NCBI RefSeq assembly: GCF_000143415.4
Contig: NW_003314374.1
Location: 348,978 to 412,977, forward strand
DNA: 64,000 bases
Origin: Selaginella moellendorffii
Taxonomy: Eukaryota; Plantae; Lycopodiophyta
Direction of reading: 5' to 3'
Part shown: piece by piece, positions 36,287 through 50,728 of the stretch
How positions within the stretch are numbered: position 1 is the first letter of the stretch
How the letters are laid out: every line of letters begins with the position of its first letter
Made by a program: the position numbers and the translations under genes
Notes under the pieces: model-generated
Databases searched by the model: none
Seen by the model: only the letters and a program-made list of their open reading frames with translations
What the model was told of the DNA's origin: nothing

Positions 36287-39200
36287 TGTGAGGGCCAAGT
36301 GTACGGGTACAATGTTGTATACTAATATTAGTATAGTGGGATTTTGGTAGCTGTCAGATTGGTTTCAATCTGGACCATTCGCTCCTGTATATAAACTAGA
36401 GTTTTTGGGCTAATTGATATACATATTTCTATATTCCCTTTTCATATTCCAAGCACTCACATTGATAGAAATGAGGGGCACTTTTGATTGTCCTTGAGGA
36501 GTGCTTGAATTTGAAATTTTGGTTTAGATCTAACTTTTGCATTGTCTAAATCTAACTTTTTCCATTTCCTTTCTTTTGTTCTTTTCTTTTAGGATTTTGG
36601 TTTGGATTTAGCTTTTTGCATTGTCTAGATTTACCATTTCCTTTTAGCTTTTTGTCATTTCTCTTCTTTTGCTCTTTCTTTTTTATTTGTCTTCATGGCA
36701 AATCAGCAATCTCCTCCTTTGACTCTGGAGCAGTAGTTAGTACAATTGCTTGATGCTATGCATTTGCAATTGAACAACCAAACTCAATTGATGGCAACAT
36801 TCACAGCACGTGGTACAACTCCTCCTACTTTTGGTCTCAATCCTCGCGTTTGGCCGGAGTTCTTTTGCGGGAATCCTAGGGATAATGTGTACCATTGGTT
36901 CGATCACTTCACGGTGATTGCCACATATCATTCTTAGGATGATGCTTGACGTTTGTGTGAGTTTCCCACGTGTCTCAAAGGGACGGCATTGTAGTGGTAC
37001 AATGGTTTGAGCGCAACCACTCGTGGGGATTGGAGTGTTCTTCTGGATGTCTTCAAACGTGCCTTCGGACATGCCGATGATTGTGATGACACCTTCCAAC
37101 AATTGCATTGTTTTTGCTAAGGGTCATCTGAGACGGTGATGCAATTTGATGTTTGTTTCCGAAGTCTTTTGCTTCGTGCGGAGCCAAATATGTTGGAGTG
37201 AATCAAGCTAGAAATGTTGTGGCCAACACTTCATCAAGATCTTGTTGGACTTGTGCATGCACTTGTTCTCGCCACCCTTGACGATGTTCTTCACTTGGCA
37301 CAACGTTATGAGACATTGCCTCTTCCACTTCTCGTTGCACGTCCTTCAGTTCCACTTCCTATAGGTGATGGTCCTGTTCCAATGGAGGTTGATGCTGCTA
37401 CTGCTCAAGTCCAAGGACAAGGGCGAGGATGTGGTCGTGGCCATGATGTTCACTATTGGGCGTGTGATGAAGTTAGTCATACTTATCGGCATTGTTGGCG
37501 TTTTCTGGATTGGCAACCTCTATTTCCGGGGTGGAGACCTTGGCGTCAGCAACGTCCCGTTGGTGCTGCTACAGTGGACGATTTGGACAGCGAGATACAT
37601 CCAGGAAATGAGGAGTCATGCGAGTAACAGAGGGACCTTGTGTGAATAAGTCAGTAACCCGTCCATCTTTCTTTCGGGATGATCATCAAGGGGTTCACTC
37701 GGCACCGGTTCATCTAGTGTTTACTTTCCAAGCTCGTTTTTATAACAAGAAGTCTCCTATTATTTTCTCCATGTTGGTTGATATAGGTTCAAGTTTATTT
37801 TCTATTGCTCGACCTGTTGCCACACGTTGCCATCTACACTTGTGTTATGCGGCAGAACTAGTTTTCATTCTTTATGGCAATGGCCGTACACATGCATATG
37901 CACGGGATGAGGTGGACCTGGTTGTGTGTGTGGGCGATCTCGAGCTTGAGTTGCAGTCATTGAGGGTGGTGCTGAGTCAAGCTTTTGACTTCATTCTTGG
38001 TGTGGATTGGTTGCAGCGGAATCATGCTAAGTGTGATTTTGAGGCTTCTCCCCCTTGTCTCATACTTCCTTGTCTTTCATCCATTCCTCTCACTTCTGTA
38101 CCTCTTTGTCCCTCTCCTTCTACCTCTGCTTCCATTACTTTTGTTTCCCCACTATTTCCTCCTGTGTTTCCATCTTGTTCTGCTCTTCCCTTTTCCGATC
38201 CCTCTGATGATCTTTGTGTTGCAGTGGTGGACCGGCTTATGAAGGAGTATTCTGATCTCTTTGAATTTGACCTATCGTCTGGGGCCAAGATTGCCACATG
38301 TCATCCAATTCCAACCAAGGATGCTCGTCCAATCAAGGTTCCTGTTCGTTATCAGTCACCCATGGAGATCAAGATTTTACGTGCAAATGTCCAGGAGATG
38401 TTAGAGAAGGGTGTTATTCAGAAGTCGCGGAGTCCTTGGGCATGTGAACCTCATCTTGTGACGAAGCCTGATGGGAGTATTCATTTATGCATCGATTACC
38501 ATCCGTTAAATGAAGTGACGATCCCAGATGTGTACCTTCTTCCTTACACTGCTGATCTTTTGGATTGTTTGGGGCGAAGTCGTTGGTTCACAAAGCTAGA
38601 TCTTGTTTTTGGGTACTGGCAAGTACCGATGGCTGAAACAGATATTCCTAAGACTACTTTTCGTACACCATTTGGTTTGTACGAGTTCTTGGTGATGTCG
38701 TTTGGTTTAAACAATGCTCTAGCAACTTTTTAGCGGATGATGGACGAGGTTCTTTGCGATATGCCGAAGGTGACTGCTGACTTCTGTTGTTCCAGCTTCT
38801 CTGGATTTTCTAGACAAGGATTCTGTGTTGTTGGCAGTTGCTGTACTTGATGTTTAGTGTCCACAAGGCGCAGAGCAAAATCTACCTTCTTTTGATGAGG
38901 TTTGCGAGGTTCAAAAGATTGAGCCATGGATTCGAAGGCTTCAAGATGGGTTTGAGAATCCTACATCACTTGCTGATGACTTGCCTTTTCGGCATTTACA
39001 TTCTCAATATCACCTCGAAAACGGCCTTATTTATTTTGTGGGGACAGATCTTGACGATCATTTACGGCTGGTGGTGCCTTCTATCTTTATTTCGCAGTTT
39101 CTCCATACCTACCATGATTCTCCTATTCTAGGTGGGCATATGAGACATCATTGGGTAATTGAGAAGTTGCGCAGGTCTTTCTATTTGCCGGAGATGCGAT

Positions 39201-40453
39201 GTGATATTATCCGGTATGTGCATAGCTGCGTTTAGTGCTAAGTTCGTAATACTCCCCTTCTTGCTGCGGAAGGACAGTTGGAGTCAATTGCAGTTTCCCA
39301 TCTGTTTGAGTTAGTGGCATTTGATCTTATAGGACCTTTTCCACGGTTGACTACTGGCAATGAGTATGTTATTATTGTTTTTGACTACTTGACTCGTTAG
39401 GTGGAAGTTGGTGCTCATGCTAGCGCCTCTGCAATTGCTGTTGGATACTTCCTCCTCAATCGAGTGGTGTTCCAGCATTCTTGTCCAGAGCGGATTCTTT
39501 CGGATAATGGTCCCGCATTTATGGCTGAGGCATTTAATGTTTTGACATCTCGGTTAGGGATACGCCACACTTTCACGAGTGCTTATCATCCACAATCAGA
39601 CGGTCTAGTGGAACGGCTCATTTGGACATTCAAGGGGATGATTGCGAAGTATGTGAACTTTCAGCATTCGGATTGGGATGGTTATTTGCCATCTCTTCGG
39701 TATGTATATTTCACAGGGGTGCAGAGTTCTATTGGTGCTTCACCATATAAACTCCTATATGATCATGATCCAATATTACCAACGGAGCTGGGTTTACTTT
39801 CGCGATTGCCACGAGTTGTGGATGCTAGGTCATGGGACCAGTATTTGACGAGCATTCTTCCACTTGTCCAAGCAAAGTCTGCCGAACACTTAGGCCATGT
39901 ACAAGTGGGACAACAATGGTAGTACAACTCCCATCATCGTCCACTTGCGGAATACAAAGTGGATGATTTGGTGTTAGTCTGTTTTCCCCATCTTATGGTA
40001 GGTGGTTTATCTAAGGGGCTTCTTGCGCAGTGGAAAGGACCGTATCGGGTGTTGCGGCAAGTTAGACCACAAGTTTATGAGGTTTGACATGATGTCCAAC
40101 AGGCCGATCCTCCAAAGATTGTGCATGTGCAGCAGTTGAAATGCTTCATACAAAGGGATTGGGAGTAGTTAATACCACCTACAGATCTGCCGATGCCTCC
40201 TCCTGATGTTCCTCCAAATCCTGGCCCATCTACAAGAGAACCTTGATAGTCTTCCATTATTCCGAGAGGAGAGGATGATGTGAGGGCCAAGTGTACGGTT
40301 ACAATATCGTATACTAATATTAGCATAGTGGGATTTTGGTAGCCGTTAAATTGGTTTCAATCTGGACCACTCACTTCTGTATATAAACTAAGGTTTTTGG
40401 GCTAATTGATATGCACATTTCTATATTCTCTTTTCATATTCCAAGCACTCCCA
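36287..40453 (+). mobile_element. Ty3/Gypsy LTR retrotransposon with 175-bp LTRs, internally deleted (late RT and RNaseH missing)
   Basis: LTRs 36287-36461 and 40279-40453; flanking AGCA duplication; PBS after 5' LTR; PPT GAGAGGAGAGGA; gag, protease (LVDIGSS), RT (KLDLVFGYWQV), integrase (ILSDNG, AYHPQSDGLVER), KGPY. Confidence 0.92.
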
Positions 40454-40695
40454 AGCATAAATTATAGGTTTTAATATAAACAAAATTATTTCAATTCTAT
40501 TTTATTCATTTAACAATTATTTAGAAAATTTATCATATTAGTTATTTATTCTTCAATTATAAAATATAAGTATAAAGAAAAAGTAAAGCTCAAAGATTCA
40601 CTAAAAATAAATATCCACTAAACTTTATTAAAATTAGAATTAAAATATTCTTTAATCTTTATAAAAATTTTTCAAAATCACTCAGATGAACAAAC

Positions 40696-40960
40696 TATAA
40701 ACTCTTGAATTTGGACTTCTGAGAGGTCACTTAGCCAAATACTATTTAACTCCAAAGATGCTTAACCCCAAATATACCAAAACTCTTAACTGATTTGAAA
40801 AAATATTTTTGTTCATGGGCTTTTTCCTTTTGTATTTGAATCCTATGGATCATCTTTAAAGATATTTTCTTTGGTTACTTATAATCCATTTGTAAGCTCC
40901 TTAACTTAGATTTCTCAAGAGGTCACTCAGCTCAATACTAATTAAACCCAAGAACACTTA
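40696..40960 (+). repeat. Two decayed copies of the 193-bp TGTAAGCTCC LTR family
   Basis: Colinear with 60904-61096; second copy (from ~40891) is interrupted at 40960 and resumes at ~42399. Confidence 0.7.
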
Positions 40961-42398
40961 TTCCTTAAGCCCCAAAATGAAGCTGAAAAGGTGCTATGTG
41001 GTAGTGGCCGAAGAAAAAGCCAAACGAGCATAACACATTTGGACTAAAAGCTCCGACTTAAAAGGTCGAGAGCGGGAGTGGAACTCTCAACAAAGTGCTT
41101 GAAGAACAAGCACGAAGTGAGCAATAATTAAGTCTCTAGAAAAGGGACATAGGAAGACCAACACATAACACGTGGAAGTGTTTGAGATGGAGTCCGAGAT
41201 GGACCTAAGGTGGACTCGAGATGGAGTCCGAGATGGACCCGAGATGAAGTTCGAGATGGAATCCAAGATGGACCCAAGATGGAGTTTGAGATGGAGTCCG
41301 AGATAGACCCGAGATGGAGTCCGAGATGGAGTCCGAGTTGGAGTCCAAGATGAACCCAAGATGGAGTTCGAGATGGAGTTCGAGATAGACCCGAGATGGA
41401 GTCCAAGAAGGATAGCTTGGTGAAGTGTTCAAAAGTCAGCTTTAGTTCCCTAGGGAGATCAAATGGCAAATGCTCCCAGTCCAAGTGTGGGTGGCACTAC
41501 CTACTTGGATACCTAGCATGGCTTAACAAAATCTCGCTCTAGGCCCACATCTAAAGCACCAAAAGGCGAAAGGTGGGAAGAGTACCCTTGAGGCTCTCAT
41601 AAGGCTATGGTGTTCCGAAATGTTATTTGAAAGTCCCAGACTGTGAAAAGGAAGAGGAGCGGTCCTCTAGTGCAATGACTAAGGATACGGTCACATGGTG
41701 AGGAAGTCCTAAAGGACAATGGAACTTAGTGGTTGGGTCTAGAGGCCTTGATTTAATGGCAGTGTTGGTGAACCTGGCCATGGATAGGATGGGACTTGGT
41801 GGGGATTGAAAGAGGGATATTGGGGAAGGCTGTTCCCCTTGTCTGTGGGCATCGTAAGGATGCTAAGGAGTGGATCTAAGATGATCAGTCATAGATGGAT
41901 GGCCCAGTTTTGGAGAGACAGGACTGTGGTGCAAGTGGTATTGGACCATTAGTGCAGCAAAGGTGATTGGGTATGGCCTTAACATAATGGGCTACTATGT
42001 CGGTGGTAACACTTGCTTAAGCAACTTGAGTTCCTTTGTATTGTTGACAGGAATTTATTTAGATTGACTGGTGTGATAGTTGGCATGAGCGAGTGTTTGT
42101 TGGTCTTATTGCATTCATTCAATTTTGTTGATTGTTCCTCAAGTTAAATCTGATAGATTTGGATGTTATTTCTTTCGGGTGATACATTCGCCAGCATTCT
42201 ACTTGAGTGTTAGTCATGGGATTGGACACATGGAGCACTTCAACCAAATGCAAAGGTTGAGTGGCAAGGATGCCATTCTTGAGGCTAGCCAGCCCCAAGT
42301 CCGGAATAGGACTTATGGAGGTTGTGAGTGAGACTCTTCCAAATGGTCGGAGGGGTGGTTAAGTGATTAAAGTAGAATGGAAAATTTAGTCACTTATA
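40961..42398 (+). mobile_element. Solo LTR, 12-bp-repeat family, nested in a short LTR
   Basis: GAGATGGAGTCC array ~41180-41405; ends AAAATTTAGTCACTTATA. Confidence 0.75.
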
Positions 42399-42593
42399 AT
42401 TTAACCCCAAATATCCCAAGACCCTTACTCAATCCTAAGATCACTCAGCCTAGTATTAATCAAACCCAAGAATGCTTAACCCCAAATATCCTAAGATACA
42501 TACACCCCTATGATATATGCATACTGAAGAAATGGCAAATAACCATTTCAATCCAAATGCTAAAAGTTTTTATATATTGTGATCATCCCTTTA

Positions 42594-45286
42594 AATGTTC
42601 AAACGAGCTGTTCCACCAAACCGTCTGATTGTGGATGATAAGCACTCATGAAACTATGGCATATCCTCAATCGAGATGTCAAAACATGAAATGCCTTAGT
42701 CATAAATGCAGGACCATTATCCCATAAAATCCGCTCTGGACAAGAAACTTCTTGTAGCCGATCCAACACTTTACAAACATTATGAATGTGTTCCTCCCAC
42801 ATCCCCTCTGAGTGGATCAAAACATCATCAATGAAGTTAGCAATCACCTCCAGTATATCGCAAAAAACCTCGTCCATTATCCACTAGAAAGTCACTGGAG
42901 CATTGTTCAAACCAAATGCCATCACTAAGAACTGGTACAAACTAAACGGTGTATGAAAAACAGTCTTAGGAATATCTGCTTCGGCTATCTGTATTTGCTA
43001 GTACCCAGAAACAAGATCTAGCTTGGTAAACTAACGACTTCTCCCCAAACGATCTAAGAGATCAGCAGTGTGTGGAAGAGGGTACACATCTAGGATTGTC
43101 ACTTCGTTTAATGGACAATAGTCGATGCAAAAAACGAATACTCTCATCAAGCATTATCACAAGATGAGGTTCATATGCCTAAAGACTCCACAACTTTCAA
43201 ATAACCCTGTTTTCTAACATCTTCTTGATGTTTACACATAAAATCTTGATCTCTTTGGATGATCAACGACAAATAAAACCTTGTTTGGTGAACATCTCTA
43301 GTTGGAATCAGATGACATGTGGCAATCTTGACCTTAGACGATAGGTCAAATTCAAAGAGATTGACATACTCCTTCATGAGCCGGTCAATTGTTGCAACAC
43401 AAAAACCATCGGAGGGATGGGAAAAGGGAAGAGTGGAATAAGATGAAAATATAAGAGGAAGTAATGGGAAGACAAAATAATGAAAGTAGAGGTAGAAGCA
43501 AAGGGACAAAAATATACGGAAGTGAGAGGAATGGATGAAATTTAAGTAAATATGAGATAAAAGGGAGAAGCCTAAAAGTCACACTTGGCATGATTGCATT
43601 GCAACTAATCCATACCAAGAATAAGGTTAAAAGCTTGAGTTGGCACCACTTGCAATGACTACAACCCAAACTCAAAATTACCCCATATACACAATTAAGT
43701 CCGCATCATCCTTTGCACATGCATATGTACAACCCTACCATAAAGAATGAAAACTAGCTCCACCACACGACACAAATGTAGATGGCAATGTGTGGCAACA
43801 GGTCAAGCAATAGAAGATAAACTCGAATATGTATCAACCAACACAGAAAGAATAATAAGAGACCTCTTGTTATAAAAACGAGCTTGAAAAGTGAATATTA
43901 AATGAACTAGTGCTAAATGAACCCCTCAATGATACATTCAAAAGAAAGATGAAGGGGTCACTAACTTATTTGCGCAAAGTCCCTCCATTACTCGTGTGAC
44001 TCTTCATTTCCCAGATGCATCTCAGTGTCTAGATCTTCCACTGCAACAGCACCAATAAAATGTTGTTAATGCCAAGGTCTCTATCCAAGAAATGGAGGTC
44101 ACCAATCCAAAAAACGCTAACAACACTGATAAGTGTGACCAACTTCATCACACACCTATAGTGGACATCATGGCCACGACCACATCTTTGTCCTAGTCTT
44201 GAACTCGAGCAGTAACAACATCAACCTCCATTGGAACATGACCATCTCCCACAAGAAGTGGAGCTGAAAGACGTGTAGCAAGAAGTGAAAGAGTAACATC
44301 TCATAACGTTGTGTTAAGTGAAAGGCATCATCAAGGGTGGCTAGAGCAAGTGTATGCACAAGTATTACCAAATCTTAACAAAGGGCTAACCATAACATTC
44401 CTAGCTTGATCCGTTTTGATATATTTGGCTTCGCATGAAGTAAGAGGCTTCGAAAACAAACACCAAATTGCATTACCGACTCATATAGCCTTTAATAAAG
44501 ACAATGCAATTGTTAGAAGGCATCATCACAATTGTCAGCATGTCCAAATATGCATTTGAAAACATCTGGGAGAATACTCCAATCCTCATGAGTGGTTGTG
44601 CTTAAACCATTATACTATTGTAGTGTCATCCTTTGGAGACATATGGGAAACTCATGCAAACATTAAGCATCATCCTAGGAATGATATATGGCAATCACCA
44701 TGAAGTGATTGAACGAATGATACAAAACATCCCTAGGATTCCCATGGAAGAACACCAGCCAAACGCAAGGATTAGCAGCAAGAGTAATAAGAGTTGTACC
44801 ATGCACCATGAATGCTACCATCAATTGAGTTTAGTTATTCAATTGCAACCACATAACATTGAGCAATTATAGCAACTGTTAAAGTTGAGTCAAAAGAGGA
44901 GAAAGCTACTACTTTGCCATGAAGATGAACAAAAAAGAAAAAGCAAGAGAGAAGAATTTGAAAAAAAACAATAAAAAAAGAAAGATCTAGACAATGCAAA
45001 AGCTAGATCTAAACAAAAATCCCAAAAGCAATAAGAAAAAGAAGATTTAAACAATGCAAAAGCTAGATTTAAGCTAAACTTCTAAATTCTAACACTCCTT
45101 AGGAACAATCACAGCTACCCCTCACCTCCACCAATGTGAGTGCACAGAGAATGGAAAAAGAATACAATAAATATACATATCAATTAGCCTAAAAACCATA
45201 GCTTATATATAGGAATGAGTGATCTACATTGAAATTAATCCAATAGCTATCAAAATCCCACTATGCTAATATTAGTATATAACATT
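42594..45286 (-). mobile_element. Second, more decayed copy of the 175-bp-LTR Gypsy family in inverted orientation
   Basis: Partial LTR 45135-45286; PBS TGGTGGAGGTGAGGGG (tRNA-Ala-like); gag/PR/RT (NFIDDVLIHS) fused by deletion to integrase (ILWDNG, AYHPQSDG). Confidence 0.88.
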
Positions 45287-46098
45287 AGAAAAGCAAAAAC
45301 TCACCTGAATAATCTATCAATTTGTGTAGAGCCATCAATAAGAGCTCATAGCCTTAATTTTCATTTTTCAACTTAAACCCAAACAATTCAGTCCTAAATC
45401 TCAACTCTCACATCAACATTCAGGACCAAATGGTTTTATGGTGGCTAACTTAAAAACCATTTAATGGCGAAATGCTTAGATCTTAGGACATTTTGCCCTA
45501 AAATAGATCAAAGAAATGAGGGGTTTTTTGTGTAGTCAACTCCAAAGCTTCTTTGCTCTCATCAATGAAGATTATCCACTAGGGGATTTACACTTCAACA
45601 ACTAAACAACATAAAATGGATGTGTTGAAACTTTGTCATTGCTTGTTGCAAGGTGGCACATGCTTAATCTTGAAGGCAACAACTAAACTCTTATAGCTAC
45701 TCTAAAAGTCAGTAGAAAGCCAGAAATAATGGTAAGATTTTCAGTGCACGATCAAGACTGAAGGCCCATCAATGTCTTTCCTCATCAACATAGGTATGGT
45801 TCTCTTATACAGAATTTGACATTATTCTTGCTACTCTAGATGAGGATTACATCTTAGTGTTGAGGATCACAGGATCCAGTGATGGATTTTACAATGAATC
45901 TAGCAAGGCGAGTGTGTTCACTTTAATGGTTTTTGGTGTTTGGCAGTCCGGCAATCCACCAACCACATTATAGAATATCCTTGTTTATTCTATAACATAA
46001 CTAGTAAAATGTAGATTTAAAATTACTTAAAGATTTAAAATTTTATTTTTATAAATCTTAAATAAAATTATAGAACTCAATTTTTTTTTTATGTTCTG

Positions 46099-47077
46099 TT
46101 GGACGAGCACGTTCCAGTTGATGAGATGGAGATCCTGCGGGTGACCGGCAGGATACATTGCTTGCCTCACCGCCGAGTTGATTTCATCGTGGTGCGGAAT
46201 AGCACGACCTCACCGCCACACTGGAATCGCAGTGCCATCTTCCAGGCAGTAGTTGAGGAGCGCGTGGGAGCAATGGATGTACAGAGCTGGGACGCGCAAG
46301 GCGAGGATGGATCTAGCTCTGCGAGAACTCGTCATCCGGACCCCATCATACCTGTTAGGCACCAGCTCAGGATAATAGGATAAGGAAAGGGCCCTGCAAT
46401 CAAGTGATCACCCCTTTAGCCAGTTGGGTTAGGGTGTAAGGGATAGGATCCTAACATTGGTATTAGAGCTCAGTTCGATTCTCGTGGCTGACGAGTGGGG
46501 CAAGAATATTCTGAAGGAATATTTAACATGGTGGATCTAGAGGGAGAACCAAAGTTTGGTAGACCCTAAGAAAAGGACCATGGTGACCGAAGGGTGGCCT
46601 AAGTATGATCGCGGACGATCATTCCTTGACGAGGGGGAGGATTGTTAGGCACTAGGTCAGGATAATAGGATAAAGAAAGAGCCCTGCAATCAAGTGATCA
46701 CCCCTTTAGCCAGTTGGCTTAGGGTGTAAGGGATAGGATCCTAACAATACCTCGTCACAAAGGTTTCCTTGCCATTGCGCGATCCACAGAATGTGACCTT
46801 GGTTGTCTTGGTGATGCTCGTGACCGATTTGATCACCGCCAAGAGGCCGACACTGATGCCATCCAAGGCGCGGCTGGCTGCACATCAATCCAATCCGTTG
46901 GAGAGGAAAGCTTGGGAGATCTATACCATTGGGACCGAGGCTGGTGGCCGTGGCAGCGTTCGCAATGAGGTTTGGGGATTTCTCGAAGACATGAGCTTGG
47001 ATTTCTCGAGAATGTAGGCCTCCGGCGAGTGCAAGGCCGGCCAGCCCCGCACCAACTATGGCCACTTCCATCACCAT
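46099..47077 (-). pseudogene. Truncated paralogue of the FAD monooxygenase, disrupted by a TRIM and deletions
   Basis: MVMEVAIVGAGLAGLALAGGLHSR nearly identical to the gene starting at 49171; 3' half absent. Confidence 0.85.
46353..46746 (+). mobile_element. Intact 394-bp TRIM (terminal-repeat retrotransposon in miniature)
   Basis: 104-bp LTRs 46353-46456 and 46643-46746 (TGTTAGG...CCTAACA), PBS TGGTATTAGAGC, PPT GAGGGGGAGGA, 5-bp TSD ATACC on both sides. Confidence 0.95.
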
Positions 47078-47661
47078 GCGCGTGTTCTTGTGAAACAATC
47101 AAATAAAATCTGAACCAAATATTCCTGCATGCCCCTTGGTATTTTATTTTTCAGCAAGCTGGCTATGGTTTCACATACCAGTTACGCGGGGGATTGCTGG
47201 CGCTGGCCGTGATTGTCGAGAATAGAGGGGCACGAAGTAGACCTTGGCGGACTTTCCATTGCTCGTGCTCTGCTTGGAAGATTTTGGATGTGTTCTTGGT
47301 GGTTCTTGCTGTCCCCGTGGATTGTCTCATGTCCCGAGTTCTTGTCAATCTTGTCCGGAGGATCAAACATGGTCTGCCAGCCCGCGATGATCATCTCCTC
47401 TGGAGAATCCGTCTTCTTGAAGCTTGGCCTCATTTCCATGAGCTAAACAAAAGAGAGAAGAACATCTGACCAACTCCATCCTTAGAAAGATCGTTTGGCC
47501 CATCTTGTCTCATGGCTACAAAGTTGGCAATGTTGTTCTTCACCAAGAGTGATTAAGGTAATGCATTCCATTCATTTAGGATTAGTAACTCACAGGGATC
47601 AAGTTCGACTACATTCAAACAACCCCTTGGCTCATATAGACTAAGAATATTTGCAACAATT

Positions 47662-49171
47662 TTACTTGAAGTATGTTGAATCTGGATCACCAGTCATGTT
47701 TACCGGGTAACTAGCGGCCCAGTGTTGAAACTCCTTCATCCGGCACCTCTGATCTGAGGGCGTCAACTGTGTCACCCAAGCCGGTATAAAGTCGGCTATG
47801 GAGGTTGTCTCTGCTGCGTAGTTTTGGAACTTTGTCAAGCGAGGGATTCGAAGCTCTTCATACCTGTTTGAAAGAACCTTACGTTTTAAGTTCTGATCGT
47901 CGTGAGACTTCACACAACTTTACCTCATCACTGCTTGCTTGAGATCTTCCGGATTTGCAGCCGCGAGGGCGGGGGGGAGAAGCTCACAAAGCTGATGAGC
48001 GTCTTCGAAGGCTGTTCTTGCTCCTTGGCCGGGGCCCCAATGCATCGCATGAGCAGCTAAAATGAGAGGAGATTCATGTAACTTCTCCACGCAAAACTTC
48101 GTCAAAAAAACTTACCATCGCCCATGAGCACCACCCTCTGATCCAGATCGCTCCAGTTCTCGAGTGGAATTCGGTCCTTGATTCTCCTCTGGAAAATCTG
48201 CCCCGCCTCGGTTGCTTCCACCGCGATTTTGAGCGGCTCCCACGCGGGAGACGAGCCCAGAAGCTTGTCAATCTCTTCCAGCACCCTCGCCTTGCCGGAT
48301 TCATCGCAAAACCCCCCGCTGGATTCCTTCGCGGTGCTGCGATCCTCAACTCTAAACACCCACAGCGTGTAATCCTCGCCTAGAGCAGAAAGAACAGTGT
48401 CAACTGCCGTACAAGACCTAGATCATCCATACTGGAGGACCGTACCAGCGTCGACGAGGAAGCATAGCGATGGGCCGCTCCGGGTGATTGCGATCTGGTC
48501 TTGATCGTGCACCGAAAATCTCCCAGGATTGTGGACGAGCGCATTCCAATTGATGAGGTGGAGATCCCGCGGACGATCGGCGGGATACATCGCTCGCCTC
48601 ACCGCCGAGTTGATTCCATCGGCACCCACCACGAACTTGGCACGGATTATCGTGACCTCACCGCCGCATTGGAATCGCAGCGCCACGGATTGATCGTCCA
48701 GGAAGTAGTCGAGGAGCACGTGAGAGCAGTGAATGTACTGAGCTGGGACGCGCGAGGCGAGGATGGATCTGGCGCTGCGCCATTTCACGACGTAGAGCTC
48801 GTCCTCGCCATAGCTCGTCACTAGGGTTTTGTCACCAGCGCCATTGCGCGATCCACACAACGTGACCTTGGTCGTCTTGGTGAGGCTCGCGACCGACTTG
48901 ATCGCCGCAGAGAGGCCGACACTGATCCCATCCAAGGCGCGGCTGGCTGCGCATCAATTCCATCGGGGAAAGATTGAGCGAGGAGATCTAGAAGAGATTT
49001 TGGGAGTATACCATTGGGGGCGAGGCTGATCGCCGTGGCTGTGTCCGCGATGAGGTTTGGGGATTTCTCGAACACGTGAGCTTGGATTCCTCGAGAATGT
49101 AGGCCCGCTGCGAGAGCAAGGCCGCCCAGCCCCGCGCCAACGATGGCCACTTCCATCACCGGCTTATCCAT
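47662..49171 (-). CDS. FAD-dependent monooxygenase (group A flavoprotein hydroxylase), ~5 exons
   Basis: IVGAGLGGLA (GxGxxG), VVGADGINSAVR (DG), VLMGD|AAHAMHWGPGQGARTAFEDA (GD). Confidence 0.9.
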
Positions 49172-50728
49172 GCTCGAAGAACTCCCAGGAGAGGGCTTCG
49201 TACTTGGGACTTGTTCTTGTTAACACCGATTTGAGATATATCCGTTCCAAAACTATTTACTTAGTTATTATGTAGGTTAGCAAATGTTGGCCAGTTGACA
49301 ACGCTTATTATTCAACACATGTCTCCTCTCAATGTCCATGTTTTTTTAATTTTCCTTGCTCCAATAGCAACAGTGCCATCTTGACTCTAACCTTAAGTGT
49401 TAAAGAATAGCTCTTAATATTTAGAAAAAAGAACTTTGCAAAAACATTCTACATACCTTTTCTACTCTTTGAAGTTCTATTGGACAACTTATCATAGTAT
49501 CTGCTGTTAAGCTCACACCATAGTTGATACTTAGAGTCTAAAATTGCTTTGGTAGAGAGAAGAAAATAAATACATTCACTCATGTGTATATGTTGATCAA
49601 TGGCTCTCACCCTGCTTGCTGTATCTTAGTGTCAAGAGTTTCCAGACCAACACCAGATTTTCCCCAAACCATTCTCCACTGTTATCATGTGTTAATAAAG
49701 GTGTAAGTTGAGTAACCTTTGGGATAAATCAAATAGTCAATGCTTCTAATCAAGTGTGGGTGGCATTATCTATTTGGATATTTTACATGGCTCATTAGAA
49801 CTTTATTTTAGCCATATGGTTGAGGCATTTTAGTGGTAGAAAATAAAGGGAGTATTTTCAAGATTCATGTTAGGCCATGGTATTTTAAAATATCATCCCA
49901 AAATCTTGGACCATAAAAAGATAAAAAAGTGGTCCTTTTGCTTGGTGACATAGTTACATGGTAAAAAAATCCTAAAGGTTAATGGGACTTAATGGTTAAG
50001 CCTTTGGGCTTTAGGCTCATAGTGGTATTAACAAGCACTACCATGAATAGAAAGGGATTTAATAAGGACTAAATGAGAGATATCAAGGGATGGTGTTTTC
50101 TATGTCTTAGGCATTTTAAAGATGCTAAAGTGTGGTCATAAGATGACCACTTATGAATGAATAACCTAGTCTTGAAGAAATGGGGGTACTAATGAGATAA
50201 GGGCAAATGAATAATTTTAGCATAACAAGCTGAAATGTTAATGGTACTTTTGGGTGTTAAAAGTGAGAATAAACACATGGAAGACTTAGACTAAATGTGA
50301 AGTTGATGTGGTCTTGAAATCACATCTGGGGGTAAGTAAGTACCCTAAAACAGATAAGGACTTATAGCAGTTGTGAGTGATATTTCTTCAAAAGGTCAAA
50401 AGTTTAATTAAATGACTAAAGTAAAATGAAAACTTTAATCGTTTACACATACTTAGTGATACACTACACTTTCATCCACAAACAGATGGTTTGGTAGAAT
50501 GGCTTATTTAAACTTTCAAAGGGATTATCATGAAGTACATGAATTTTTAACATTTGGATTGGGATGGTTATTTATCATTTCTTTAGCATGGTTATTGTAA
50601 GAGACTAAATTTTTCATTTTACTTTAGTCATTTAACCACGTCTTCAACCATTTGAAAAAGTCTCACTCACAACGTCTATAAGTTTTATTCCCCACATGGG
50701 GACATGCTAGCCCCATAAATGGCATCCA

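Noticed and set aside
47163-47469. Short ORFs between the two monooxygenase copies
   Set aside because: No domain, splice model or homology recognisable.
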